The notes under the pieces were generated by a model, which worked only from the letters and a program-made list of their open reading frames with translations, had not been told where the DNA came from and ran no database searches. Shown here piece by piece: positions 19,560-28,196 of a stretch of 31,959 nucleotides of DNA (the stretch's first letter is position 1; each line of letters starts with the position of its first letter). The position numbers and the translations under genes were made by a program. Origin of the DNA: Bacteriovoracaceae bacterium (GTDB lineage: Bacteria > Bdellovibrionota > Bacteriovoracia > Bacteriovoracales > Bacteriovoracaceae); contig JBMYPC010000020.1 in NCBI GenBank assembly GCA_049599895.1, forward strand, positions 1 to 31,959, written 5' to 3'.

Positions 19560-20468
19560 TTGATGCTTTCGCGAAATCAAAAAATTGCGATTTTCTGTTT
19601 TGTCCTCTTGGGTCACTTTTTTGTAGGCCTCAAGCATGTTGGTGAACTAAATTTCGATGCTTTGAAACCTGCTGAGAAAAAGGTTGTCAGGGTACGACTC
19701 AATCCTGAGCTGTTAAAGAGTCTCAAAAAATCGAAAAAGCTTAAGCAGGTTGTTAATTCTGAGGACAATCCTAATACGATTAAACCAAAAGATGCTAAGT
19801 ATCTTGGCAAAAAGTCTCAAAGTCATGAAAGACAGACTGTTGCAAAAAAGAATGGTCGTTTTAAAGAGGCCGGAATTGGAAATTCTAATATTGATAAAGT
19901 TGCCAAGGTGTCTCAGCCTAAGAAAAAAGTTCAAAAGAAGCAGATCGTAAAAAGGAAAAAGAAAGGAAAGCTCTCTTTTTCAGATCTTGCTGCACATGCG
20001 GTTAAACCTGAAATTTATCGAAAGCAGGTTAAGCAAGTTGCTGGTGTAAGACACGGGAATAAAACAAAGCGTGGTATGGCCCAAAATAATGACTATGTTG
20101 AAGATGTCCCGATGGGAGATATGACACGACTTAATACTCAAGAGTTTAAGTTCTATGGTTTTTATCACCGAATTCGTCAGAGACTTGAACAGTATTGGGA
20201 GAATTCTCTTAAGACAAAAGTTGAGTCGATTCACCGTGGCGGAAGAAGAATTGCTAGTGAGCAAGATAAAATGACATCATTAAGAGTCGTTCTTAATAAC
20301 CAGGGTCAAATTGTAAGAATTCTTATTCGTTCTAGTAGCGGTATTAAAGAACTTGATGATGCTGCCATTGAGTCTTTCCATAAAGCTGGACCATTTCCTA
20401 ATCCACCGACAGGTATGGTGAAAAATGGTTTTGCTACTCTTGATTGGGGATTTGTCGTTAAGGGCTAG
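19560..20468 (+). CDS. TonB/TolA C-terminal domain membrane-anchored protein
   Basis: N-terminal TM, Lys-rich linker, 'SSGIKELDDAAIESFHKAGPFPNPP'. Confidence 0.85.
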   Translation: MMLSRNQKIAIFCFVLLGHFFVGLKHVGELNFDALKPAEKKVVRVRLNPELLKSLKKSKKLKQVVNSEDNPNTIKPKDAKYLGKKSQSHERQTVAKKNGRFKEAGIGNSNIDKVAKVSQPKKKVQKKQIVKRKKKGKLSFSDLAAHAVKPEIYRKQVKQVAGVRHGNKTKRGMAQNNDYVEDVPMGDMTRLNTQEFKFYGFYHRIRQRLEQYWENSLKTKVESIHRGGRRIASEQDKMTSLRVVLNNQGQIVRILIRSSSGIKELDDAAIESFHKAGPFPNPPTGMVKNGFATLDWGFVVKG

Positions 20469-20495
20469 TTTTCTCAATAAAGATTTAATCTAAGA

Positions 20496-20795
20496 TTACT
20501 GAGTAGGTGAAGACTTAAGAAGCTCTTTAAGTTTTGTAATGCCTTCCATCATGACGTAGTCATTCCAAATCTTATCAAGCTCTCTTACTGTATCCACTAA
20601 TTGAATAGCGGCTTGATCTCGAGAGATACCTTCTGTTTCTGAAAGATGACCAATAGCAATTGTAAGAGCTTTAACTGCGGGTGATGAACATGTTGATGAA
20701 AGTCTTTCTTCATATGATCTGTCGATAACACTTTCTTTGCTTTTGATTATGGCAGTGTTGATCAACTGAACTGAATCTTGGTTTTCATTAACCAT
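20496..20795 (-). CDS. Hypothetical protein
   Basis: 99-aa ORF with GAGG SD; no recognised domain. Confidence 0.75.
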   Translation of the reverse strand: MVNENQDSVQLINTAIIKSKESVIDRSYEERLSSTCSSPAVKALTIAIGHLSETEGISRDQAAIQLVDTVRELDKIWNDYVMMEGITKLKELLKSSPTQ

Positions 20796-21063
20796 ATATA
20801 TTTGCCTCTAAACAGATTTGATTTTTTAAGTTCGTCTCTTTCAAGAACTTCGGAGTATGGAGGTTTTCCGAGCGTTCGTAAAGGGGAATTTTAAACTTTT
20901 GAATCTTTTTTCGAGTCAAGTTTTTTAATGAAAATTTTTTTCGAAAAAATAAATTCAAAATTGAAAAGAAGATCATTGACAGTAAAAAACGTGAATTAAT
21001 TATTCACGAGCTGCAAAATAAATTTCAAAAAAATCATATAGAAAAAATAGAACGATCTAACTT

Positions 21064-21444
21064 TTATTCTTCACAAAGTGCCACGTAATCTTCGGGGCCT
21101 AAGAGTTTATCGACCTCTGAGTCATTTTCAATTTTAATTTTAATCATCCAAGACTCGTAAGGTGCAGAATTACAGTTCTCTGGAGCGTCAGTAAGGCCTG
21201 CATTTACTTCAACAACTTCACCAGTGAGAGGTGAGTAGAGATCAGAAACAGACTTTATCGATTCAACAACACCAAACGTCGCACCTTCAGTTAATTTTGT
21301 TCCCACTTCAGGAAGCTCGACAAAAACAATATCTCCCAAAGAAGTCTGAGCAAAATCAGTAATTCCGATTACCGCCACTCCGTTTTCGATAAGGGCCCAC
21401 TCGTGTTCTTTTGTATATTTGAGGTTTTCTGGTGTGTTGCTCAT
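21064..21444 (-). CDS. gcvH: Glycine cleavage system H protein
   Basis: 'YTKEHEW', 'GITDFAQTSLGDIVFVELP', lipoyl site 'VESIKSVSD'. Confidence 0.98.
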   Translation of the reverse strand: MSNTPENLKYTKEHEWALIENGVAVIGITDFAQTSLGDIVFVELPEVGTKLTEGATFGVVESIKSVSDLYSPLTGEVVEVNAGLTDAPENCNSAPYESWMIKIKIENDSEVDKLLGPEDYVALCEE

Positions 21445-21477
21445 GGCTATCTCCTTAAAATCTATCTGAAATCAATT

Positions 21478-22536
21478 CTATGCCTTTAAGAATGACTTTG
21501 TAACTCTCGTTGCTGGGACATTTTTCCCTCGGATCTCGATTTCGAACTCACCCTCTTTAAGGTTGACGTTCGAGTTAACAAGTCCCATTGCGATACCTTT
21601 TGCGAAGGTGGGCGAAAAAGTTCCGGAAGTCACGCTCCCAACCTTCTCCCCCTTATTCCATATGGAATAGCCCTGCCTTGGAATCCCTTTTTCAATTTGA
21701 AGCTTCACTGATTTATATTTTGGTTCAGCTTTTAACAAGCTTTCTTTTGAACAAAAATCATCCCCTTCAAGTTTCACTGTCCATTTAAGACCTACATCAA
21801 GAGGAGTGATATCTTCAGTGAGCTCTTGCCCGTAAAGGGGAAAGCAAGCTTCTGTGCGAAGAACGTCTCTAGCGACAAGTCCACAGGGAGTCACATTATT
21901 ATCCATAAGCTTCTCCCAGAGATCCGAGATAAAGTTATGGTCAGCGAAAATCTCGACACCATCTTCACCTGTATAGCCTGTTCTTGCGATGAGGTTAAAG
22001 CTTGAAGGTTTTGAATCCTTTGCGTTTAAAGAAAAAGATCCCTCTGGGATATCAAGATTGAGTTTGTCTTTTAAGAGTGTAATCGCTTCAGGTCCCTGGA
22101 TTGCTAAAAGCGATACTGAGTCAGAGATATTCGTAAGGTTCACATCAAACTTTTCAGCATGTTTTTGAAACCAGTTCCAATCTTTTTCAAGGTTAGAAGC
22201 ATTCACACAAATCATCGCTCTTTGTTCTTCAATTTTATAGGCGATGAGATCATCGAGAATTCCACCGTCTTCTTTACAAAGAGGTGAGTAAACAGCTTTT
22301 AAAAGGGGAAGGTTCGTAAAGTCGTTGGTGATCATATAGTTTACGAACTTATTTGTTTCTGGGCCCGTGACTAAAAACTCACCCATGTGACTGACATCAA
22401 AGACTCCAACAGAGTTTCTAACCGCTTTCACTTCTTCTTGGACTGAAGAGTATTGAAGGGGCATTTGAAAGCCAGCGAAATCACCAAGCTTGGCCTTAAG
22501 TTCTGTATGTTTGTCATAGAGTGATGTCTTTTTCAT
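21478..22536 (-). CDS. gcvT: Glycine cleavage system aminomethyltransferase T
   Basis: 'FDVSHMGE', 'ARTGYTGEDG', 'GLVARDVLRTEA..PLYG', 'VTSGTFSP'; start at MKKTSLY with AAGG SD. Confidence 0.97.
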   Translation of the reverse strand: MKKTSLYDKHTELKAKLGDFAGFQMPLQYSSVQEEVKAVRNSVGVFDVSHMGEFLVTGPETNKFVNYMITNDFTNLPLLKAVYSPLCKEDGGILDDLIAYKIEEQRAMICVNASNLEKDWNWFQKHAEKFDVNLTNISDSVSLLAIQGPEAITLLKDKLNLDIPEGSFSLNAKDSKPSSFNLIARTGYTGEDGVEIFADHNFISDLWEKLMDNNVTPCGLVARDVLRTEACFPLYGQELTEDITPLDVGLKWTVKLEGDDFCSKESLLKAEPKYKSVKLQIEKGIPRQGYSIWNKGEKVGSVTSGTFSPTFAKGIAMGLVNSNVNLKEGEFEIEIRGKNVPATRVTKSFLKA

Positions 22537-22546
22537 TTTATACCTT

Positions 22547-23407
22547 TTAAATTCTTCTTTCTGCTGCAAGTATGAGGTTGTCGAGTAATGACATTATCGT
22601 CATTGGTCCAACTCCTCCAGGAACCGGGGTGATTGCCGAGACTTTGTCTTGGATGTTTTCAAAGTCCGAATCCCCAGCGAGACTTCCATCGTCCATTCGA
22701 TTAATTCCCACATCAACAATAACTTGGTTTTGATTTGAACTAAGATAATCTTCTGTTAAAAACTTTGCTCTACCAATCGCAACAATTAAAACATCTGCAT
22801 TTTGCGCCTGTTCTTTTAAGTTCTTCGTTTTGGAGTGAGCGAAAGTGACAGTGGCGTTTTCATTGAGACAAAGCATGGCCACAGGTCTTCCTACAATCAT
22901 GCTTCGACCGATAACAAGAACATTCTTTCCTTCAAGTGGGATATTGTAATGTTCAAGAATTTGAATAATTCCTTTGGGTGTACAGGAAATGAGAGCTGAA
23001 TCAAGCCCTTGACCGCTAAAAGTACTAAAGACATTGTCGGGATGAAAACCATCCACGTCTTTATGGGCAGGAACTAATTTATGAGTTTCAAGGTGAGATA
23101 ATTGTTTTGGCAGTGGAAGCTGAATGAAAGCTCCATGAACTTCAGGATTATTAAAGATCTCTTTTACTTTTGTGACGAACTCATCTGCTTCAATATTTTC
23201 ATCGAAGTGATTGATGTTGCAGATGACGCCAACCTTTTCAGACTTTTTCTTTTTATGCTCAACATAAACCTTTGAAGCTGGGTTATTGCCCACCAAAATC
23301 ACTTCAAGTCGCGGGGAGATATTCTTAGCTTTAAGTTGATCAGTTCGAAGCTTAAAATCTTCAAGTTTAAGCTCCACAAGAGGCTTGGCTTTTAAAAGTG
23401 TTGGCAT
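22547..23407 (-). CDS. folD: Methylenetetrahydrofolate dehydrogenase/cyclohydrolase
   Basis: 'QLPLP', 'KDVDGFHP', 'CTPKG', 'GRSMIVGRP', 'TPVPGGVGPMT'. Confidence 0.98.
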   Translation of the reverse strand: MPTLLKAKPLVELKLEDFKLRTDQLKAKNISPRLEVILVGNNPASKVYVEHKKKKSEKVGVICNINHFDENIEADEFVTKVKEIFNNPEVHGAFIQLPLPKQLSHLETHKLVPAHKDVDGFHPDNVFSTFSGQGLDSALISCTPKGIIQILEHYNIPLEGKNVLVIGRSMIVGRPVAMLCLNENATVTFAHSKTKNLKEQAQNADVLIVAIGRAKFLTEDYLSSNQNQVIVDVGINRMDDGSLAGDSDFENIQDKVSAITPVPGGVGPMTIMSLLDNLILAAERRI

Positions 23408-23498
23408 GGCGAAAGTATAGCTCTAGCAAAAGCTTTATGCCTAGTCCGAATCACATTATTAAATTGACGAGGTGTAGCTTTTTTATGATTCTAGGAGC

Positions 23499-23675
23499 AT
23501 GTGGTTTTATATCGGATTTGGTCTGCAATTAATTGGTTTTACGTCAGTGGGTCTGTGCTTTTTTTCGGGAGTGCAAAAAGGCAATTACGGGCAACTTGAA
23601 CTTATTCAACTAGTTGGCGGATCACTCGTTTTTTATCTTGGCAATTTTCTTAAGTCTCGCGGACAAAGTTCTTAA
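23499..23675 (+). CDS. Small 58-aa two-TM membrane protein (below ORF track cutoff)
   Basis: Manual translation MWFYIGFGLQLIGFTSVGLCFFSGVQKGNYGQLELIQLVGGSLVFYLGNFLKSRGQSS; TTGACG upstream at 23464. Confidence 0.65.
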   Translation: MWFYIGFGLQLIGFTSVGLCFFSGVQKGNYGQLELIQLVGGSLVFYLGNFLKSRGQSS

Positions 23676-23704
23676 ACCTTTAATATTATTTGCAATATTT
23701 ACTG

Positions 23705-23720
23705 CCATATAAATATATGG
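23705..23720. promoter_or_regulatory. Palindromic operator upstream of the toxin-antitoxin pair
   Basis: CCATATA-AA-TATATGG, downstream of TTGCAA (23690-95) and 7 nt before the GTG. Confidence 0.55.
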
Positions 23721-23727
23721 TGAGGTT

Positions 23728-24154
23728 GTGAAAGCAGGTACGATAATTGAAACAAGTAAGTGGAAAATCAAGGTTTATGCACCACCTCGAGAGCATGGGG
23801 CGCCCCATGTTCATGTGTTATCCAAAACTTCTCGTGCTCAGCTAAAAGTTTACTTAGAAACCTTGGAGGTTGTTGGTAAGACGCAATTCTCCAAGAGGTC
23901 TGTGAAGCTTATTTTGAAGTATACTGAAACCGGTTGAGGTTTCTGGCGTCGCAGACAATCAGGAAGCGTCAGCGCCCGGTCTTTACGAAGTTGAGTACTG
24001 GAAATTTAAACCAGCACGACTATATATTCATAAGAACTATGACATTTTAATGGATGCATGGGAGGAACTACATGGCCAAAAGAAAGAAACCAAACCTGGC
24101 AAAAGCACTCCGAGCTGTAGACGATCTCCCAGATGCTTTATTTGGAAACATTGA
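23728..24154 (+). pseudogene. DUF4160-like (HicA-related) toxin interrupted by a 105-bp element
   Basis: 'REHGAPHVHV' motif. Removing 103 nt joins ...LILKY to IHKNYDILMDAWEELHG..., the typical DUF4160 C-terminal helix, giving 107 aa. Confidence 0.8.
23920..24024 (+). mobile_element. MITE-like element, copy 1 (105 bp including TA duplication)
   Basis: TATACTGAAACCGGTTGAGG...GAAATTTAAACCAGCACGACTATA; imperfect terminal IRs; inserted at a TA inside a coding region. Confidence 0.85.
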
Positions 24155-24323
24155 AATCTATCTTCGAGACCTTCCTTGTTTATCTAAGCCGAAGAAGGAA
24201 AAAATTACGGCAAACTTAGATGCAGATGTTATTGCGGAGGCAAAAAGAATCGGGAAAAAAGAAAAAGTTTCTTATCAGCAGCTCATGAATGATATTTTAA
24301 GGGTCGTGTTACTTAAAGATTAG
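24072..24323 (+). CDS. BrnA/CopG-like ribbon-helix-helix antitoxin
   Basis: 'KEKITANLDADVIAEAKRIG...SYQQLMNDILR'; GGAGG SD at 24061; overlaps the toxin 3' end. Confidence 0.8.
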   Translation: MAKRKKPNLAKALRAVDDLPDALFGNIEIYLRDLPCLSKPKKEKITANLDADVIAEAKRIGKKEKVSYQQLMNDILRVVLLKD

Positions 24324-24328
24324 CTCAA

Positions 24329-25554
24329 TTATTGCTTGCACGTTGCAATGGGTGGCATAAGGTTGCGGCATTGTTTTGGGACGTCTATACTAGAGGCACG
24401 GACTGCGTACCAGAGTCGAAACAATCGACTTGAATGATCACCGCTTACGCCTGGAGGAAGAAAGATATCTTTATAAGTGAGGGATGCATTGGGTTGAATG
24501 CTGACTTGATTTAGTTCTTCCGCAAATTGACCATCTTTTGAAAACATAATTAGGCATTCAGATTTTAAAGCATCTTTGGGGTAAGTTTTGGCACGGATGT
24601 AATCAGCAAAGTCCTCTGAGGTAAAATTTCCAACGGCGTAACTTCCATTCTTATCTTGGTATGTTGTACTCCTTAGAAGCTCTCCATTATCATCTATTTC
24701 TTCAAGGTGATTTCTCTCTAAGCATCGTTTTATTTCTTTACTGGATCCAGAAGAAAGCTCGCTCATGCTTTGTTTTTGTTCGATTAGGGTTTAGATCTTC
24801 AGGGAGCCCAGATTTCCCAAATAATTGATCAAGTTCTTGGTTCGTTTCGTGAAACTCTTCATGTAAAGCTTTGACTGCTTCGTCGAAGTCTTTATCTGGA
24901 TGGAGTCTCTTTAACTGTTTGTGTACTGCTTCGCCTCGATGAGCTCCGGCTCCTTCAGAAAAAGCTGCTTTGTAAAACGAAATGAACTCTTCTTTTTGTT
25001 TTTTGTCTTCAAAGTGAAGGGAGTTGTCTAGGCAGTTGTCATCATCTCGAAAGGTTCCTATGAAGCCACTACATTTTGTTAGGATAACAGCAAATGAGGA
25101 GTACATGTTGAGTTGAAAACGGTCTAGGAGACTTAGATCGCGAATATCAAAAACATAATGTTGCATTTTTTTTGCAATGGTATTGAGTTTTGTTTCTGCT
25201 TTTGCAATTTTCATGATTATGTCATGGAGGAGTTCTCTTGTTTCTAGTATTTCTTTTGATCGTATTAAAGTCTGGAAAACGAGAACAGAGTTTTTCGTAA
25301 ATTTTTTGATTTTTTTCAGGTATAGGCTCGGTAGAATGATAGAATTTGAGACAGTCTTTTAAGTATCTGCCCGGAATATGAAAATCGTCAATGTCCATAT
25401 ACTTTTCACACATGTTGAACATACACTTAGACATTCGACTTCCCTCGTTATGGGTGATTAAACTGTCCCAGGTTTTGCATTGATGAGCATCGGCATTTGC
25501 CATCTGTGGAATTGTGAAAACAAATGTAATTACGAAGAGTTTTAATACTTTCAT
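24329..25554 (-). pseudogene. Probable single secreted protein gene split by two +1 frameshifts
   Basis: Signal peptide only on the first fragment. Downstream frames are open across both junctions (SKEILETRELLHDII-MKIAK; TLIEQKQS-MSELS). Length 1226 nt = 408 codons + 2. Confidence 0.55.
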
Positions 25555-25659
25555 TACTTGCAACTTATCGTAGTTTTGGGTCTTTGGTTTTAAAATATTC
25601 GCTAGAGTGTTTTACTGTGTTATTTCCCAAAGCAGCTCAAATGGACTTATACTTTAATC

Positions 25660-26172
25660 ATGATTATTTTAGGAATTGATCCTGGATCACGGGCTTTAGG
25701 TTTTGGAGTTATCAAACTCGAAGGACGGAAGTTTAAGTATGTTGATTCAGGGGTTTATAAGTTTGATTCAATTAAAGAGTATCTTGAAAGGCTTCCTTTG
25801 ATCGCTGTTGCTGGTGATGAGCTAGCGAAGAAGTACGCTCCTGATCACGTGGCCACAGAGACCATTATTTATACGAAAAGTGTACCATCTCTAGCAAAAC
25901 TGGCTGGTGCTAGGGGAGCAATCTTAGGCCATCTTGGGATGAAGTATCAGGGGCGAATTTTTGAATATGCTCCAAACCTTGTGAAATCAAGTGTTTCTGG
26001 TTTTGGTCATAGTTCTAAGGAGAGTGTTGAAAAAGCCGTTTCTCTCATTTTAGGACTTAAGACTTTTAAAACACACGATGAAGCTGATGCTCTGGCTATT
26101 GCTCTTTGCCACGCTATGAATTGTCCTAAAATCCTTAAGAATCCCCCTAAGTCAACTAGCCAGGCCCTCTAG
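25660..26172 (+). CDS. ruvC: Holliday junction resolvase RuvC
   Basis: 'ILGIDPG', 'ARGA', 'EYAPNLVK', 'DEADALAIALCH'. Confidence 0.96.
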   Translation: MIILGIDPGSRALGFGVIKLEGRKFKYVDSGVYKFDSIKEYLERLPLIAVAGDELAKKYAPDHVATETIIYTKSVPSLAKLAGARGAILGHLGMKYQGRIFEYAPNLVKSSVSGFGHSSKESVEKAVSLILGLKTFKTHDEADALAIALCHAMNCPKILKNPPKSTSQAL

Positions 26173-26193
26173 CTTTTTGCTAATCTTAATTTC

Positions 26194-26868
26194 ATGATTG
26201 GATTTTTATCAGGCACAGTTTTATTTAGTGATGGCCATGAAGTTATTTTGAGTACTAACTCTGGTGTGGGCTATCAAATTTATTTTAATCGAGTTTTACG
26301 AGAAGGCTCTAGGGCCACTCTCTATATCTCTCACGTTATTAAAGAGGCCAGTGAAGAACTTTATGGTTTTTTGACTTTAAGAGATAAAAAGTTATTTGAA
26401 CTTTTAAACTCCGTAAAAGGGGTTGGCCCAAAATCTGCGGCAACTCTCATCGCTTCAGTTGGAACTGACAAAGTTGTGGAAGCGGTTTTATTGGAAAATA
26501 AAAAGACCTTAACCAAGGCTCCTGGAATTGGCCCAAAAGCAGCGGCGCAAATTCTTCTGGATCTTTCGACAAAAATTGTCAAAGTGAAAGGCTATTCGAA
26601 TATGCCAATGGAGTATGCTAGGCCTTCAACTTTTGAAGAGGGCGAGATTGTTCAAAATACAATTATGAGTGAAGCTGAAGTAGTGGTTCAAAGTCATATC
26701 CAAGAACATCCACCACTCAATCAATCAGCTTATGATGAAACCCTTATGGCCTGTAAAGAACTTGGCTTTAAAGAAGAACAGATTGCTCCACTTGCACAAA
26801 AGCTTATGAACGAGCATTCAATTGAAAAGTCTGAACAATTACTTCACCTTGTTTTAAAGGAAATCTAA
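26194..26868 (+). CDS. ruvA: Holliday junction branch migration protein RuvA
   Basis: 'GVGY', 'ELYGF', 'VKGVGPKSA', 'APGIGPKAA', 'LGF'. Confidence 0.96.
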   Translation: MIGFLSGTVLFSDGHEVILSTNSGVGYQIYFNRVLREGSRATLYISHVIKEASEELYGFLTLRDKKLFELLNSVKGVGPKSAATLIASVGTDKVVEAVLLENKKTLTKAPGIGPKAAAQILLDLSTKIVKVKGYSNMPMEYARPSTFEEGEIVQNTIMSEAEVVVQSHIQEHPPLNQSAYDETLMACKELGFKEEQIAPLAQKLMNEHSIEKSEQLLHLVLKEI

Positions 26869-27873
26869 ATGGAAGTTTCTCGCTTTCTTTCTTCTGAGCA
26901 AAACTCTGAAGAATCTCTTAATGAATCAGTTTTAAGACCTCAGTCACTTGATGAATATGTAGGGCAACCAAAGGTTGTGGACAATATCAAAGTGATGGTG
27001 GAGTCAGCAAAGATTCGAAAAGATGCCATGGACCACGCGCTTTTATCCGGTCCTCCGGGTCTTGGGAAAACTTCTCTGGCGATGATTATCGCAAAAACTT
27101 TAGGAAGTGAGCTTCATGTCGTTTCTGGTCCAGCGATTGAGAAAAAAGGTGACCTTGCGGCGATTCTGACAAACCTTGAAGCCAATGATGTTCTTTTTAT
27201 TGATGAAATTCATCGAATGCATATCTCTGTTGAAGAGATTCTTTATTCCGCAATGGAAGATTATAGGCTTGATATTATTATCGGTCAGGGCCCAGCGGCG
27301 AGAACGATGCAAATCAATGTTGCTCCTTTTACTCTTATCGGTGCGACGACAAAATCAGGGCTCATTTCTAATCCTTTAAGAGATCGATTTTTAGCTCATC
27401 TTCATTTCGACTTTTACTCTGCTGACGAGCTTTCAAGAATCATTGCCATGAATGCTCATAAGCTTGAGCTCTCTCTTGATGATGAGGCCAAAGACATGAT
27501 GGCCAAATGTTCAAGGGGAACCCCAAGAATTGCCAATCGAATCTTAAGGCGAGTTCGCGACTTTGCTCTTGTTGATGGAGTGAAGGGAATTCATATTGAA
27601 CAAGTGAAGAAGTCTCTTTCATTGATGGAAATTGATGAATACGGGCTTGATCGAATGGATCGAAAAATTCTTCAAGTGATCAACGATTTCTATGCTGGCG
27701 GACCTGTTGGAATTGAAGCTCTTTCAGCAACTCTTAGTGAGGATCGCGCGACGATTGAAGATGTATTTGAGCCATTTTTATTAAAAGAAGGGTTCTTAAT
27801 TAGAACCCCTCGTGGTCGTGAAATTTCAGAGAAAGCTAAAAAGCATCTTCTTCAGTTTCAAGATCAGGCTTAA
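26869..27873 (+). CDS. ruvB: Holliday junction ATPase RuvB
   Basis: 'LRP', Walker A GPPGLGKT, 'FIDEIHR', 'PFTLIGATT', 'RGTPRIANR', 'RTPRGR'. Confidence 0.98.
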   Translation: MEVSRFLSSEQNSEESLNESVLRPQSLDEYVGQPKVVDNIKVMVESAKIRKDAMDHALLSGPPGLGKTSLAMIIAKTLGSELHVVSGPAIEKKGDLAAILTNLEANDVLFIDEIHRMHISVEEILYSAMEDYRLDIIIGQGPAARTMQINVAPFTLIGATTKSGLISNPLRDRFLAHLHFDFYSADELSRIIAMNAHKLELSLDDEAKDMMAKCSRGTPRIANRILRRVRDFALVDGVKGIHIEQVKKSLSLMEIDEYGLDRMDRKILQVINDFYAGGPVGIEALSATLSEDRATIEDVFEPFLLKEGFLIRTPRGREISEKAKKHLLQFQDQA

Positions 27874-28160
27874 TTTCTGGAAAGTGGACTCGAAAGTCTC
27901 GTCCATAATTATTGAACCATCTGCCATTTCCAAAATCAAAGTCAAATTGAATGTCGATTGCTGCTGTATTTGGGCAATCGTAAGAGAAGTCATATACTGG
28001 CCCATAAACCCATCTTCGTAACGATTAAACTGGGTCCCTTGGATGGTGTTGCCGTTACTGTTCTTATGTTAGTTTCACCTTGAAAAATTGGGTATCCTCC
28101 GGCTAAAGCTGTTGAAGTTGTGATAAAAGTAATAAGTGCGAGTAATGTATTGAGTTTCAT
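27836..28160 (-). pseudogene. Probable frameshifted small secreted protein gene
   Basis: GGGAG SD, ATG 28160 and signal peptide MKLNTLLALITFITTSTALA; stop at 27990 (56 aa). Both alternative frames stay open to about 27830, one reading ...FDFGNGRWFNNYGRDFRVHF. Confidence 0.45.
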
Positions 28161-28196
28161 TTTTTCTCCCCATGATTTGAAACAGTAGGGGGGTGA

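Noticed and set aside
21064..23407. Missing gcvP or a glycine riboswitch as a novelty
   Set aside because: Split gcv loci are common and gcvP may lie elsewhere; no riboswitch motif is visible.
23920..24024. Element as an integron attC, riboswitch, SRP RNA or target-guiding RNA
   Set aside because: No RYYYAAC/GTTRRRY ends or integrase, and no known aptamer recognised. The variable patch matches the flank only by 5 nt in copy 1 and not in copy 2.
24054..24071. ORF-track antitoxin start at 24054
   Set aside because: ATG 24072 has the GGAGG SD, so it is the better start.
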